From assembly GCA_002269645.1 (NCBI GenBank), contig NIVC01000756.1, forward strand, positions 1 to 50,286: a stretch of 50,286 nt of DNA, read 5' to 3'. Position numbers and translations under genes: made by a program. Shown here piece after piece: positions 12,642 through 25,546 of the stretch. The stretch's first letter is position 1. Every line of letters begins with the position of its first letter. The DNA is from Macrostomum lignano (taxonomy: Eukaryota). The notes below the pieces were generated by a model. That model saw nothing but the letters and a program-made list of their open reading frames with translations, was not told where the DNA came from and made no database searches.

Positions 12642-13643
12642 AAATATAGGTTTTTCGTTTGATTTCATAAAATTGTCATTTGATTTCGTCCATAGAAGTT
12701 GGCAGCGCGGCCATAGAGTCTATGGCAATAAAGTGCACTGTTTTCCGATTGAATTCATAACTTTGCCACTTCATTTCGACTTGGCGCGCGGAGTGGCTCA
12801 AACACTGCCAGAGGGGGCTGGGATATCAGTGGGTGAATATCTATGGCCAAACCTCTCATAGAAATGAAAAGCCTATATGAACGTGTCCTCTTCTTGGGCA
12901 ACAGTCACCTTCCTTGTGTGCCTAAAAATGGCTGCATACGCGTCCATTGGAAACGACAGAAGGCATCTTGTCATTGAAGCAATGAACAGGGGTGAGAAAG
13001 TGACGGACATAGCGCGATGGCTCAACATCAACAAACAGACAGTGTACTCCATAGTGAAGTGTACTCCATTTCTTAACGCCGCGGAGCAGGCACACAGTTG
13101 TCTCAAGGCTTCGCTTAAACGCCAGCTAGCAACACCTGAGCTTCAACAGGAACTTAGCAATCCGCCTGATGGCATCAACCGAACGCAATGGAGACTCATG
13201 GTGCTTTTCCGCTGCGGCTACATTGCACTAGAGGAAATTTCCGCCGCGAAGTGCCTTGCCTGGGAACGACATGTGATGCGGTTTCTGCCCCTGTGCATCA
13301 ATGAGCAGCAGATAATGTGAAATTTGTAGCTTGTTGCAGCGAACGAGCATTAACTTTGGCGGACATAACTGATTTCACTGTTGAACTGCCTACTTCCTCA
13401 TGTGACTTAAATACACAGCTTTCTGTTTTTAACAGTTCTTTCTGTACTGGACAAGCGCATCGACTTTTCGGTTGCCTTTCTACTGGGTATGTCGAAATGA
13501 AGTGGCAAAGTTATGAATTCAATCGGAAAACAGTGCACTTTATTGCCATAGACTCTATGGCCGCGCTGCCAACTTCTATGGACGAAATCAAATGGCTATT
13601 TTATGAAATCAAACGAAAAATCCTATATTTTTCTGGCCCACAG
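12642..13643 (+). mobile_element. Internally deleted IS630-Tc1-mariner (ITm) DNA transposon
   Basis: About 139-bp inverted repeats (12642-12780 and 13491-13630) with three differences. The right end CTGGCCCACAG is followed by TA; the outermost ~13 bp of the left TIR are missing. The internal ORF has an HTH and a transposase C-terminus. Confidence 0.85.
12928..13320 (+). CDS. 130-aa truncated transposase (HTH fused in frame to the C-terminal catalytic remnant)
   Basis: RRHLVIEAMNRGEKVTDIARWLNINKQTVYSIVK is a paired-like HTH. CTPFLNAAE resembles the YSPxLNPIE motif carrying the catalytic E. ISAAKCLAWERHVMRFLPLCI resembles ITm C-termini. The region with the two catalytic D residues is absent. 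Confidence 0.7.
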   Translation: MAAYASIGNDRRHLVIEAMNRGEKVTDIARWLNINKQTVYSIVKCTPFLNAAEQAHSCLKASLKRQLATPELQQELSNPPDGINRTQWRLMVLFRCGYIALEEISAAKCLAWERHVMRFLPLCINEQQIM

Positions 13644-14538
13644 TAAGTGAAACAGTCCCATAAACGACATAGTCTTGACCATAGACAATTGCATGGTTTA
13701 ATTAAGTACATATAGCCCCAACGCGATGGTATCATGCACGTAGATTTAAAAGCCGCAGTCGGGAATGGTACACGACGTAACAAAACCTTCAGACAATCGC
13801 ATGTTACATAGATAGATGACAGATGATATAGATTAGACAGTCAGGGCGGTTGTACACCCCGTGTGAGCGTGTGCACGAGTGCGTGCCTGCAGCGCACGGG
13901 GAAAGCCACGCAGACTTCAATAGAGAGGCTTGAAGAGGAGGATCGGACAGAATCCCAAGCTCAGCTTTGCTGCCCCACAGCCGCCTGCCACCGGGCTGCC
14001 TGTCAGGCCCAGCCGCTCTAATATTAATACAGCGAGAGCGGCACAAAAAACCTGAGCCCCCCCACTCGACTCGGGAGAGTGCGGGAAGGGAAAAACGGGA
14101 GAGCTAAGGGATGAGGAAAATAAAAGGGGGGAAGGGTGGGGATAATTACACGCACGAAATGGGGCGCCGCTGAGCCGCTGCAGCAGCAGCTCAGGCCTGA
14201 GATTGCCTGCTAACCATCCCGCTAGATGCTTGATGCCACCTGCTGTGGGCAGGGCGGCGGGCACTCCACTCGGCTCCCCTCCTTCTCCCTCCACCCTCCG
14301 CCGTGCTCCACCGGCAGCGCCAGGCCTGCATCAATGCCTACAGAATTTCTATAGGCAAAAAAGGTTCTCGAATCGCCAGAAATTTTTTTAAAATTACATC
14401 CTTTTTTAAACTGCACAACATGTCGGCGTTGCGTGACTTTAGGAGTTACAGGGGCACCGAGACTTTAATGGCGGAAAGCAGACATTTGTACCAGAGCACG
14501 GGAAACTGTAAGCATGCACACTAATACATACAGTTGTG

Positions 14539-15696
14539 CTGACACAGACAGCTGTACACCTATATGACAACTGACAGACAGCTGTACACCTGGATGCTAA
14601 CTGACACAGACAGCTGTAGTACATGTGGATGCTAACTGAATGCTAACTGACACAGACAGCTGTACACCTGGATGCTAACTGACACAGACAGCTGTACACC
14701 TGGATGCTAACTGACACAGACAGCTGTACACCTGGATGCTAACTGACACAGACAGCTGTACACCTGGATGCTAACTGACACAGACAGCTGTACACCTGGA
14801 TGCTAACTGACACAGACAGCTGTACACCTGGATGCTAACTGACACAGACAGCTGTACACCTGGATGCTAACTGACACAGACAGCTGTACACCTGGATGCT
14901 AACTGACACAGACAGCTGTACACCTGGATGCTAACTGACACAGACAGCTGTACACCTGGATGCTAACTGACACAGACAGCTGTACACCTGAATGCTAACT
15001 GACACAGACAGCTGTACACCTGGATGCTAACTGACACAGACAGCTGTACACCTGGATGCTAACTGACACAGACAGCTGTACACCTGGATGCTAACTGACA
15101 CAGACAGCTGTACACCTGAATGCTAACTGACAGACAGCTGTACACCTGGATGCTAACTGACACAGACAGCTGTACACCTGGATGCTAACTGACACAGACA
15201 GCTGTACACCTGGATGCTAACTGACACAGACAGCTGTACACCTGAATGCTAACTGACACAGACAGCTGTACACCTGGATGCTAACTGACACAGACAGCTG
15301 TACACCTGGATGCTAACTGACACAGACAGCTGTACACCTGGATGCTAACTGACACAGACAGCTGTACACCTGGATGCTAACTGACACAGACAGCTGTACA
15401 CCTGAATGCTAACTGACACAGACAGCTGTAGTACATGTGGATGCTACTGACACAGACAGCTGTAGTACATGTGGATGCTAACTGACACAGACAGCTGTAC
15501 ACCTGGATGCTAACTGACACAGACAGCTGTAGTACATGTGGATGCTAACTGACACAGACAGCTGTACACCTGGATGCTAACTGACACAAACAGCTGTACA
15601 CCTGGATGCTAACTGACACAGACAGCTGTACACCTGGATGCTAACTGACACAGACAGCTGTACACCTGGATGCTAACTGACACAGACAGCTGTACA
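14539..15696. repeat. Minisatellite, 32-bp unit CTGACACAGACAGCTGTACACCTGGATGCTAA
   Basis: About 36 highly homogeneous copies. Confidence 0.97.
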
Positions 15697-15731
15697 GAAC
15701 ACAGGCTTAAGCACAGCAGTAACGGTCTCAC

Positions 15732-15863
15732 CTGATTACGTTGGCTTCTACTACAATTTGCCAATGATGAAGACGAAGAAGAGGCTGCACCCGCCCCGGA
15801 ATTGGAGTTGACGCCCTTGGCAACGGTTGCTGGGGGCTGTTTGGTTGAGCCGCGACTGCTCAT
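15732..15863 (-). CDS. Candidate first coding segment of the long EF-hand isoform (exon 15732-15935)
   Basis: Acceptor cttcctttgcAG at 15937-15936, in-frame ATG at 15863 and phase-0 donor CAG|GTGAGA. Reads MSSRGSTKQPPATVAKGVNSNSGAGAASSSSSSLANCSRSQRNQ. Confidence 0.5.
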
Positions 15864-17053
15864 GCTTGCTGGGTGTGCAGGGGGCCGGCTGCTTGTCAGA
15901 AGCTCACATGACTCGCCAGCCGCTGAGGGCTGAAGCTGCAAAGGAAGCGGAGAAAAGGCGGAACTTGCTTGAGGATTTTGGCAGGGGAGGGAGAGGCGAT
16001 CCTGCAGCAAAAGTGCAGGAGAAAGCAGGCGATCAGGGGATCTGGTGCCTTTCCCCTATCTCTCTCCGCCCCGTCCCCCGTTCTCACAGTTCAGCCGCAC
16101 GGCTCTTAACGGTTCCATTTTCTGTCTTCACTCCCGGCAATAACAGCAGATAAGCCGGCCTCAAATCCCGCCGCCGCCGGATCCCAAAAATCCCCACGCA
16201 TCCCAATCCGGCGCGGTTCGAACTCTCACTTTATTCTCCCCTAAGATCCTTCTAGAAGCGGCAGCAGCAGCAGCAGTTTCCCAGGATTTTCCTGGCCAAC
16301 GAAATGGCGAATATTTGAGCAGCGATAATCTGCAGCATTAACGTACCGTCAGCAGTTTGAGTTTGAGTAGACTAGCAATTAAAAAAGCTACAACAGACAG
16401 ACGAGCAGTGTTCGGGGATACCTCAGGATAGAATGCTACTGACAGGCAGGCGGCCAGACACGGGAGAAGCACCGGCCCTGATTTGATTTATTTATAAGCT
16501 GCTGAGCCGAGCCGCACACTGCCTGTCACGGCTCACTTAGAGTTCGGCTACGGTAGGGGAGGAAATGGAGGGGCGGGGCAGCGCACAGCTCACCCCAGCA
16601 GCACTAGAGGTGCCGCGCATTGCTCTCAGCCCAAGCCTTAGTTGATGAGCCCCAGCTCTCTGCAAGCTGCTGTCACCAAGAGAGAAAGGTGAGACGGTGG
16701 AGCAGCAGCTCGCAGCAATTAACCTGCGCCGGCTCCCCTCTCAAAGAGTTGACATTTACACAAGCGCAACGATACGATATCTCGCCCTGCCGGGCACTAC
16801 AGGTCACGCGATCGCAACACAAACACCCGCATGAGTGCCTGTCTGCTTGACCAGCGCCCGGCAGCCCAGCTCGATCCAGTGCGCTTGCACTAATCAGGGG
16901 GCTTTTACCAACTCGTTGCTTTTGCCTATTTATCTTTCAACGAAAAGATGCAATTATGGCGCTGACATCGTGCACACGAAGTTGAAATGTTGCCTGCGAA
17001 GCAGTTTTGAACAGATATTTAATCCTAACCCTAGCTCTAACCCTAAACCAACT

Positions 17054-17436
17054 CACAGCTCATACTGTTTCCATGGCTGCATAGGCACACAAGGACACAG
17101 CTCACACTGTTTCCATGGCTGCATAGGCACACAAGGACACAGCTCACACTGTTTCCATGGTTGCATAGACACACAAGGACACAGCTCACACTGTTTCCAT
17201 GGTTGCATAGGCACACAAGGACACAGCTCACACTGTTTCCATGGCTGCATAGGCACACAAGGACACAGCTCACACTGTTTCCATGGTTGCATAGGCACAC
17301 AAGGACACAGCTCACACTGTTTCCATGGTTGCATAGGCACACAAGGACACAGCTCACACTGTTTCCATGGTTGCATAGGCACACAAGGACACAGCTCACA
17401 CTGTTTCCATGGCTGCATAGGCACACAAGGACACAG
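17054..17436. repeat. Minisatellite, 42-bp unit CACAGCTCACACTGTTTCCATGG(C/T)TGCATAGGCACACAAGGA
   Basis: About 9 copies. Confidence 0.97.
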
Positions 17437-19149
17437 CCAGACAAAAGCCAAACAATCGGACATTCATGTAACTGTAGAGGAGACACACAAAGCAAAGACA
17501 GTGCAATTTGCTCACACATACATGTAGTATTTGTCAGGCAACGCGCACAGGTACAAATCCCTAAGCAGCTGCAACCCTGTCATTTTTTGCTTAACAAAAG
17601 TCTGCCCAACTCTACTGAGAGAGCGAACAAGAAACTGAGACAGGCAAGCCCGGTGCACTGCTGGCGCGCACGAACTGCTACCACCCCCTCTCATAGTCCT
17701 GAGGCATGCCCAACTCATAAGGAAAGTGCACAGCCTTATACGGCAAACAAATGAATGAACCGTTTTTGGCTCGATTAATGAGCAGCCCGGAGCCGGGCAT
17801 CCGGGATTGAGCGCAAAGGAGGGCGGAGCAGCTGATGTGTGAATAGCGGACAGTTCAGTTTGACTAAAATCTGAGCCAATAAAGGCAGCTCAGCTTACAA
17901 GGAGGCTGGGTGCGGGAAATTAAGGCCGGAGGTCCAGCCTGACTGCGCAGCTGCTGGCAAAACTCATCAGAGCCTCTTTTTGTCAGATTCCCAGAAACTT
18001 GAGAGCCGAATTCGAAAATTCAATATTCCACTCGAATTGTGCGGAGGATACCGACAGCTCGGCAGCCCAGACCCCAAACTTTGCCGAGACCGTTTGAGCA
18101 TTCCGAGAAACTCAGAGGAATTCAGAGGAATCTGAGTGCAGGGCCAGGAGACTGAAGGGGGGGCAGCCAAACTGTCCAGCAATTCAACCGTGCCGGGACT
18201 GCCCTGAGGCGCCAAAGGCTGGCTGAGTTAAGTGAGCCCGGGAGCACGCAGTTTTGAGCTGGGCTGACAGGGAAATACAGGCAGACAGACAACAGACGGA
18301 CACAGAGGAACACATACAGACAGGCGAGGTCAGACGCAGTGAGGCGGGGAAATGCGGTGAATCCCGGAGCATAGCAGCGCAATGATTAGCGATTATCATG
18401 AACTCTAATTATCCCGGAGTCGGCAAGTCAGAGTGGCGCATAAAGGCAGGCAGAGGTGCAAGTTAGACTAAGCCAGACGATCATGGCGGACCGCTCAGTG
18501 GGGTGGGGGTTGAGCAGCCGGCTTTAGCGCCGAATAAATAATTAAGCAATGTCTGAGTGAATTTTACGAAGCGAAGCAGACTGGCGGGGTTGAGGGGAGA
18601 GGTAGGGAGAGCGGAGAGTGCAGCGGACAGAGCACTGGAAGGACTTCAAAAGCAATGCAGCGGGCAGGTCAAGGCGGCCTGGAAGCGCATTCAGAGGACA
18701 CGCAGCGCTGCTAGCCAGCCTGCCTGGCCAAGGAATTCGGTTGCTGGGGATTATTAACCCACTCTCTCGCACGGTCTGCCCTTTGAATCCCCGACATTCA
18801 TAGTCCTCCGCAATTTCCATATAAGGCAGCTAATAAAATCGGTTTCCGCGCAATAAAAAAAGTTTTCAAAGCCGCTCCGAGGATACTCGGGTAGCGGATT
18901 GCAAAAAATCTTCTCGAATGAAATCGGCCGCGCCACTTCATCATGCTAATTGTTGCCATCCTGCTTCTTATAAACACTGGCCGGCTCTGCGGCTATTAGC
19001 ATAAGAACCAGCGGGAAGCATGCCGTGATTTAGGGCTACAGATTAACGAGAAAATTCTGCTTTAGGAAACCATTTGAATTCGAAAAAATTCCTTCTAGAA
19101 GAGACTGAATAGACGCGCCTGGACCTGCTAGAAAGAAATGACTCGTAGA

Positions 19150-19495
19150 GCGGGGGGCTCAAGAGGGGGGGCTCGAGTGGGGGGGCTCGAGTGGGGGGCT
19201 CGAGTGGGGGGGGGCTCGAGTGGGGGGGCTCGAGTGGGGGGGCTCGAGTGGGGGGGCTCGAGTGGGGGGGCTCGAGTGGGGGGCTCGAGTGGGGAGGGCT
19301 CGAGTGGGGGGGGGGCTCGAGTGGGGGGGTCGAGAGGGGGGGCTCGAGTGGGGGGGGGCTCGAGTGGGGAGGGGTCGAGAGGGGGGGCTCGAGTGGGGGG
19401 GGCTCGAGTGGGGGGCTCGAGTGGGGGGGGGGGCTCGAGTGGGGGGGTCGAGAGGGGAGGGGCCCGAGTGGGGGGCTCGGGTGGGGGGGGGCTCG
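19150..19495. repeat. G-rich minisatellite (G5-9)CTCGAGT
   Basis: About 24 copies with variable G-run length. Confidence 0.95.
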
Positions 19496-20694
19496 CGCTA
19501 CAGTGCCGGGTGGGCCTCAGTGCATAAAAATTGGCTCGGGGCTTCTCGGGCGATTCCCGCCCACGAGGGCCGGCCCCAAGGCACAGAGTGTACAAACCTG
19601 ACGATGAGAAAGTCGGGGCCGCTGTTCACCCCGTGTGCTCAGTGAGTCAGCTTGCTGCATGCGGGCAGACTGTCGCCCAAAGCCCCCAGCAAACTTGACT
19701 ATAACTAGCCCTATTGGTGAGAAAACATGCCTAACTGTGCAACCTAGTTCACTGAGCATGCCGTCAAATTAGCCTAATCAATCATAATTGAATTTAATAA
19801 GCTCCCGCAGCGCCCTCCGATCAATGCAGTTCTGCATAGCTAATTGGCTATGCACGAGCTGACTTCGGATGCGCACCCTAAGCCAGCCCAGCAGAATCTC
19901 TGGCGGGGCTTTGAGAAGCTTTGAGAAGCAGCTGGCACAATGGCACAGCCAAGAGAAACAACAGATCGAAGTCTTGAGCAAGTTTGACACAGAAAACAGC
20001 TCCCATACAAGAATTCATGCATAGGAAATCGTTAACAAATCCAGGGGACTCGACCCGGAGGGAGCGTGGGCGCAATAAAATAAGAAAAAAGAGGGAGAGG
20101 AGAGAGCAGCTCGGTCTGAATACTCAAAACCAGTTCCGAGGCCGCGCGCTGAGTAGGCACTAGAGACACAGAAGAGGGACAGGGGAAAGGGGAGACAGAC
20201 AGGGGCCTGGCACTAATGCTGGGGCAAATAGTAAAGTTAATAATAAAGTATGCAGCCAGTGGCCGATAGAGTCAGATAAGCCGATAGAGGGTATAGAGCG
20301 AGGCAAAGCGCGACCAATATTAACCTCGGCCGAAAACCATTTTCCTGTTTTCTCCATCCCCAGCTCACTCTTTGATTCCAGGGCCGCAATGCTTTCTCCC
20401 GTGCAGGTTTTGCTATCATGTGCTGGGACTGGGCGCGGGGGGCGACTTCTGAATTGAGAGGCCAATCTCCAAAAATCCACAAGCCGGCTGCGCCGTCCAG
20501 TTCTCAGCTCCGGTGTCGTAAATAAAATGGCCGGCGGGAGGCGATTGTGAAATTGAAGCGCCAGGTGACCTGAGGTCAAGAGAGCGCTGGAGACAGAGTG
20601 GCTTCCCGATCCAATGGTATCATTATCGATGGATTTATGAGTCAATATAGCTCGTATATGCATGACTGATCGATAAGATCGATAAGATAGATTA

Positions 20695-20714
20695 GATAGA
20701 TGATAGATAGATAT

Positions 20715-20757
<43 letters not shown>
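20695..20757. repeat. (GATA)n microsatellite
   Basis: Visible directly. Confidence 0.95.
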
Positions 20758-20758
<1 letters not shown>

Positions 20759-21092
20759 CCGGGCAGTCGCAATCGATCCATCTAACCCTATTTGATAACC
20801 AATATTTGCAGCAGACAGCTTGCTCGGTCGAACGCAGGCAAAAGCAATAAAGCACGCTAAAATAGTGCCAAAGCGGATTCCTCACCCCGATCTCAATCTC
20901 ACAGTCGACCCCCCCCCCTAGTCTGCAACCAAAGCGAGAATGATTGAGTTGAAACAGGATTAGTTTAATCCCATATCAATTCCAATTAAGAGGGACTTTT
21001 TTGGCTTTCGCAGTAGCTTCGCAGGATCAAAATGACTGCCAGAGAAAAAAAGAGATACTGGGAAAGGTTCACAGGACTTTCCTTCCCAGTGC

Positions 21093-21606
21093 GGGTCACC
21101 GGCTGCACAACCGCCTCGGGCAGTGCCGCACACACGGGTCACCGGCTGCACAACCGCCTCGGGCAGTGCCACACACACGGGTCACCGGCTGCACAACCGC
21201 CTCGGGCAGTGTCGCACACACGGGTCACATGTGCTGCACACACGGGTCACCGGCTGCACAACCGCCTCGGGCAGTGCCGCACACACGGGTCACATGTGCT
21301 GCACACACGGGTCACCGGCTGCACAACCGCCTCGGGCAGTGCCGCACACACGGGTCACCGGCTGCACAATCGCCTCGGGCAGTGCCGCACACACGGGTCA
21401 CATGTGCTGCACACACGGGTCACCGGCTGCACAATCGCCTCGGGCAGTGCCGCACACACGGGTCACCGGCTGCACAATCGCCTCGGGCAGTGCCGCACAC
21501 ACGGGTCACCGGCTGCACAATCGCCTCGGGCAGTGCCGCACACACGGGTCACCGGCTGCACAATCGCCTCGGGCAGTGCCGCACACACGGGTCACCGGCT
21601 GCACAA
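21093..21606. repeat. Minisatellite, 43-bp unit GGGTCACCGGCTGCACAA(C/T)CGCCTCGGGCAGTGCCGCACACAC, with 22-bp half-unit insertions
   Basis: Period verified (21093 to 21136). Confidence 0.96.
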
Positions 21607-22852
21607 ACCCACAGACACGCTGCCAAATCCCATAGTGCAGCAGCACAGCCGCCATCACCTTCTGTTAAACCAGCCCCAATAGGTCCGGCAATGCGAGCCC
21701 GTAATTAAATACCTGCCAGAGAGAGAGAGAGAGAAGGGGAGAATTCTGAGACCCACCGCTAAGGACAGACAGACAGGCAGACGGCGACCTTCGGCTTTGG
21801 CGCGCAGATCTGCATTTTTCATGAGAGCAGCACAGAGCACACGCGACAGCTCTCCCAATCCCAGGCCCTCTAAAAATAGAGAGCCCTCAATTCACTGGCA
21901 ATGACCTCGAGACCGCGCGGAAAAAAGAACTGATGAAGAATGAGATTCTGCGGAGAAGAAACAGGATATGGACGGCCGGCAATGAGAATGGGTTTCTCGA
22001 GTGGCGGGAGATGTTTTCAAGCTGAAAGCTGAGGAAGAGGCTGGGAACCGAACACCTCAGCTCGCATTCCAGCGCCTCATCGGTTTAGATTTTTCAATCG
22101 ATCTATCGGGGCAGCCTGAGCAGTGAGAGCAGGTGGCAGCAGCTGCCAGGCATGGGAATTGTTGGGATAAGCGAGCAGCAACTCAAACTGAATGCAATGA
22201 AAATTGACTCATCGAAATCGATCAGGCGTGCCAGGCTTTCAATATTGCTTGGCAACAGATTGGGTTGCAAGAGCTGCCAGCTCAGCCATTTAACTGCAGC
22301 TGCCGGCTAGCAGTTTAAAATTTTACTGACTTCGCTTAGTGCGAAAAAGGCAACTGGGAAGAGCAGAGAAGGCCTTTGAAGCACTTCTAATATATATTTG
22401 CTCATTAAAATTAAGTAGCTGGGTACGGAGTGAAAACTGCTAATTTGATGTACTTTTTTCGGGGCATAAGAAAGATAGATTGAGACTGACATTGACACAG
22501 ACAGACAGATTCTAAGATACTAAGAGTCGAAGACAGACAGACAGACAGATAATTAAATATTCGCAGGAGGGAGGCGGTGGGCAGCCTGGTGCCCACGACG
22601 AAATTGTCGTCCCAAAACCAGCGGTGGGGCAATCCTGCCCATTCTGCTGACTCCTGGGCACACGCAGTGCGTACAGCGGTCCTGACTGTGTAGCCGTCAG
22701 GCACTGTTTGTGCCTCGGGGTTGGCCCTCCGTATGAATTTGAAGACAAACATTGGCCAATTTTAGTGCACAAGCCCCGAATTCATGTGGCTGCATACAGA
22801 TTCGAGCAAGGGGTCGTGGCGGGAGAATCGGATCGTTTAGGTCTACCCCCCT

Positions 22853-22925
22853 CAGACAGACAGACAGACAGACAGACACAGACAGACAGACACTAAGACA
22901 GACAGACAGACAGACAGACAGACAT

Positions 22926-22960
<35 letters not shown>
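22853..22960. repeat. (CAGA)n microsatellite
   Basis: Visible directly; a shorter tract lies at about 22495-22550. Confidence 0.93.
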
Positions 22961-22961
<1 letters not shown>

Positions 22962-25104
22962 GCCAGCAACAAGAAACGCAGGGAACAGAAGGAATCGGGC
23001 AAAGAGAAATCCGGACAAGACTCACCTTAGATGGTGCAGCAGTAGCAAAGCTGGGGGCACGCGAGTTTCACCGCCTTTGCAGCTGGCTGAATGGAAGCTG
23101 GCTGCACACAGTAATATTAGTAAGTGAGAGGAGGCCCGGCCGCAAAATGGCTATTGCCGCCACTGCGGGGGTACGAGAGCAGGAAGTGGGGAAGTGGGGA
23201 ATGCAGACAGACAGACCAAATACTGGCGCTGACTCGATTCGACAAGCCTCAGGGGAACGCTTCTGCTGCTTCTGCTGCTTCTGCTGCTGTTACAGGAAAT
23301 CGCTCGATCGCTGCTGCTAACCCGTTTTCGCGCTGCTCTCCCACGATTCAGCGCATTGGCTCTATAAGGGGACTAGAGGGGGGCAGGGAGGGGACACGGA
23401 GGGCAAGAATAGATGAGAATGCCTCATTCGCCCGCCCGCTGCCCAGCAGTCCTCGGCCTGCCCCCTGGCTCCCCCAATCATTGAATGCGGACGCGCCATG
23501 GGCGAACGCGGAGAGTACCGTGGGGGGGGGGGAGGCCAATTGCAAGAGTAGCTGCTCCAGATCGGTCTGCTGCAACTCCGAGAAAAATGAGAAAAGAGGC
23601 GGTCGCGCTCACACAGCAGGGTGAAGGGAAACAGGCGTGGAGCAAAAGGATTGGGAAGGTTGAGCAAGGGAGAGGAAAGGAGAACCCCGAGAGAAGAAGT
23701 TGGATGGAAGGGCAAAGAAACTTCTCTTAATACAGCGAGCGACAGTCGCAGTTGCATGCCTCCATCCTCATCACGGTCTCCGGCCCTCGCCCTCTTGAGC
23801 AGTCTTGTCTACCCCGACTTTTCTGGCAGCGCTTTAAAATTTGCTCTATTCTTAAATATCCAGCCAGCTAGCCAGCCCCCGCACTAAACTATGGGCCCTT
23901 GAGCGATAGTTACTTAGGAGCTTTGCACGATGAAGGACTGAGACGCTGCAGCGGGGGACAAAGCAGATGGGGAGACAGGATGAAACTAGTTTGGGGGGGG
24001 GGGGCAATTTTGGTTCCCAGGAAAATAACATTTGCAGTCGCGCCGACGCTGGCTGATGAGACTGGCAGCATCGATTGGGCCGCTGCTAATGCGCGCCCTC
24101 CGAGTCTCCGCACGGGCGCCAAGCAGGAGGAGCGCGAGGAAAATTGGCGCGAAGCCGGCCAGTGTAGCGAAGACGCGGTGCGGGACGGGCAAAAGGAAAG
24201 GCGGCAGGCGACGCAAAGTTTCGCTACACAGTTCGGCGGAAAGAATTTTTGATGAAGCGACTGCAGACAAGGGACAAGGAAGCTGTGAAAGGCTTGATGA
24301 AGCTCACCCAGTCCCCCCGATCATCGGAAGAGATAGGGGCGGTGGCCATAGATGGACAGAAACGCGAGAGCTGGCACGCAACTTTCTTCTCGGCGCTGAG
24401 CAGAAGGCAGATGAGATTTTTCGACTGGACATGGGAGACTGGGAGACGATGATGAGGCGGAGGGGCGGCCGAAAACAGACCGCCGATTCGAGCAATCCAG
24501 GCGGCTGAAGAGCCTCATTCAAGGTCGACGGAAAGTGTTGCCCCACCCGCCTCGTGATTAACGACTTTCGCTGTTGCACAGCCAAGGAATTTATGAGTTT
24601 GAGTCTTCAGGGCCGAACACGCCGCACTTCTCAGTCACACCCTCAGCACCCGGCTCTTCTCTTGAGCCGGGTTCATCTCCTTAGCCTCTTTTTAAAAAGC
24701 AGAGTTCGCACTCGTGGCCAGTCTTGGATAACAGGACCGGGAGGAGGGCCAACAAAGGACAAACTGACAAGACTGCGCCAGTCTCAAAACAACTTCCTTT
24801 CCTAGCCGAGTGCAGTGGCGACGAAGAACAATAGAAATGCGAAGAGCCGCGAGGCTGTGAGAATTGACACTGATGGAGCTGCAGAAAGAATGGGAGGAGG
24901 AGAAAGGCGTGAAACATTGGATGTTACAGAAAGCTGTCTCTCTCTCTCTCTCTGACAAAAGAAACATGCAAAAAGAACCCATTGCTTCCAAAAATTAAAG
25001 TGCACGCGTCTTCAGCTGGAGAATTTTTTTGAGATACGAACTATTGTTACCTGCAGCCAGTTGAGAACCGCTACTCAGCCTGGTGCATCAATTAGATGTC
25101 TGTT

Positions 25105-25215
25105 CGCATTGAGGATAGGCCAATGTACATTGTCTGTTCGCATTGAGGATGCGCCAATGTACATTGTCTATTTTGCATTGAGGATAGGCCAATGTACATT
25201 GCCTGCTCGCATTAA
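25105..25215. repeat. Short tandem repeat, ~34-bp unit GCATTGAGGATAGGCCAATGTACATTGTCTGTTC
   Basis: About 3 imperfect copies. Confidence 0.8.
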
Positions 25216-25546
25216 GGATTAAACAGCATGCATTTCACTTCGACTTAGGTTGAGACCATCAGATTAACCATCAAGCCTGCTTACACTGCCGCAGTCCTGC
25301 TGAGAGGTTGCTGTTTTGTCGCAGCCACTGCGTGAATTCGAGCGATGCCTTTGCAACACTGGCCAAGCTCGAAGGAAAGGCAGGGCTCCACTGAAACAGG
25401 GTGGCGAGTTCAAACTGTCACTCTCCCGATGCGAGCTTTGTCAAGCAGTTGAAACAAAAACTTCAGTGCTTCCCGAATGCGAAATTCACGGGCCGATGGA
25501 CTGACACCCGCTGGACTGGGGTGGGTTGAACCTCTCACTCACCCCC

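Noticed and set aside
23026-23090. Strong minus-strand donor AAG|GTGAGT, a possible 5'UTR exon of the EF-hand gene
   Set aside because: An in-frame stop and no ATG make it non-coding at best, and it cannot be linked to the gene without RNA data.
23899-24508. Plus-strand ORFs with an acceptor-like TTTGCAG near 24037
   Set aside because: No convincing upstream exon or domain. GC-rich non-coding DNA here yields many such ORFs.
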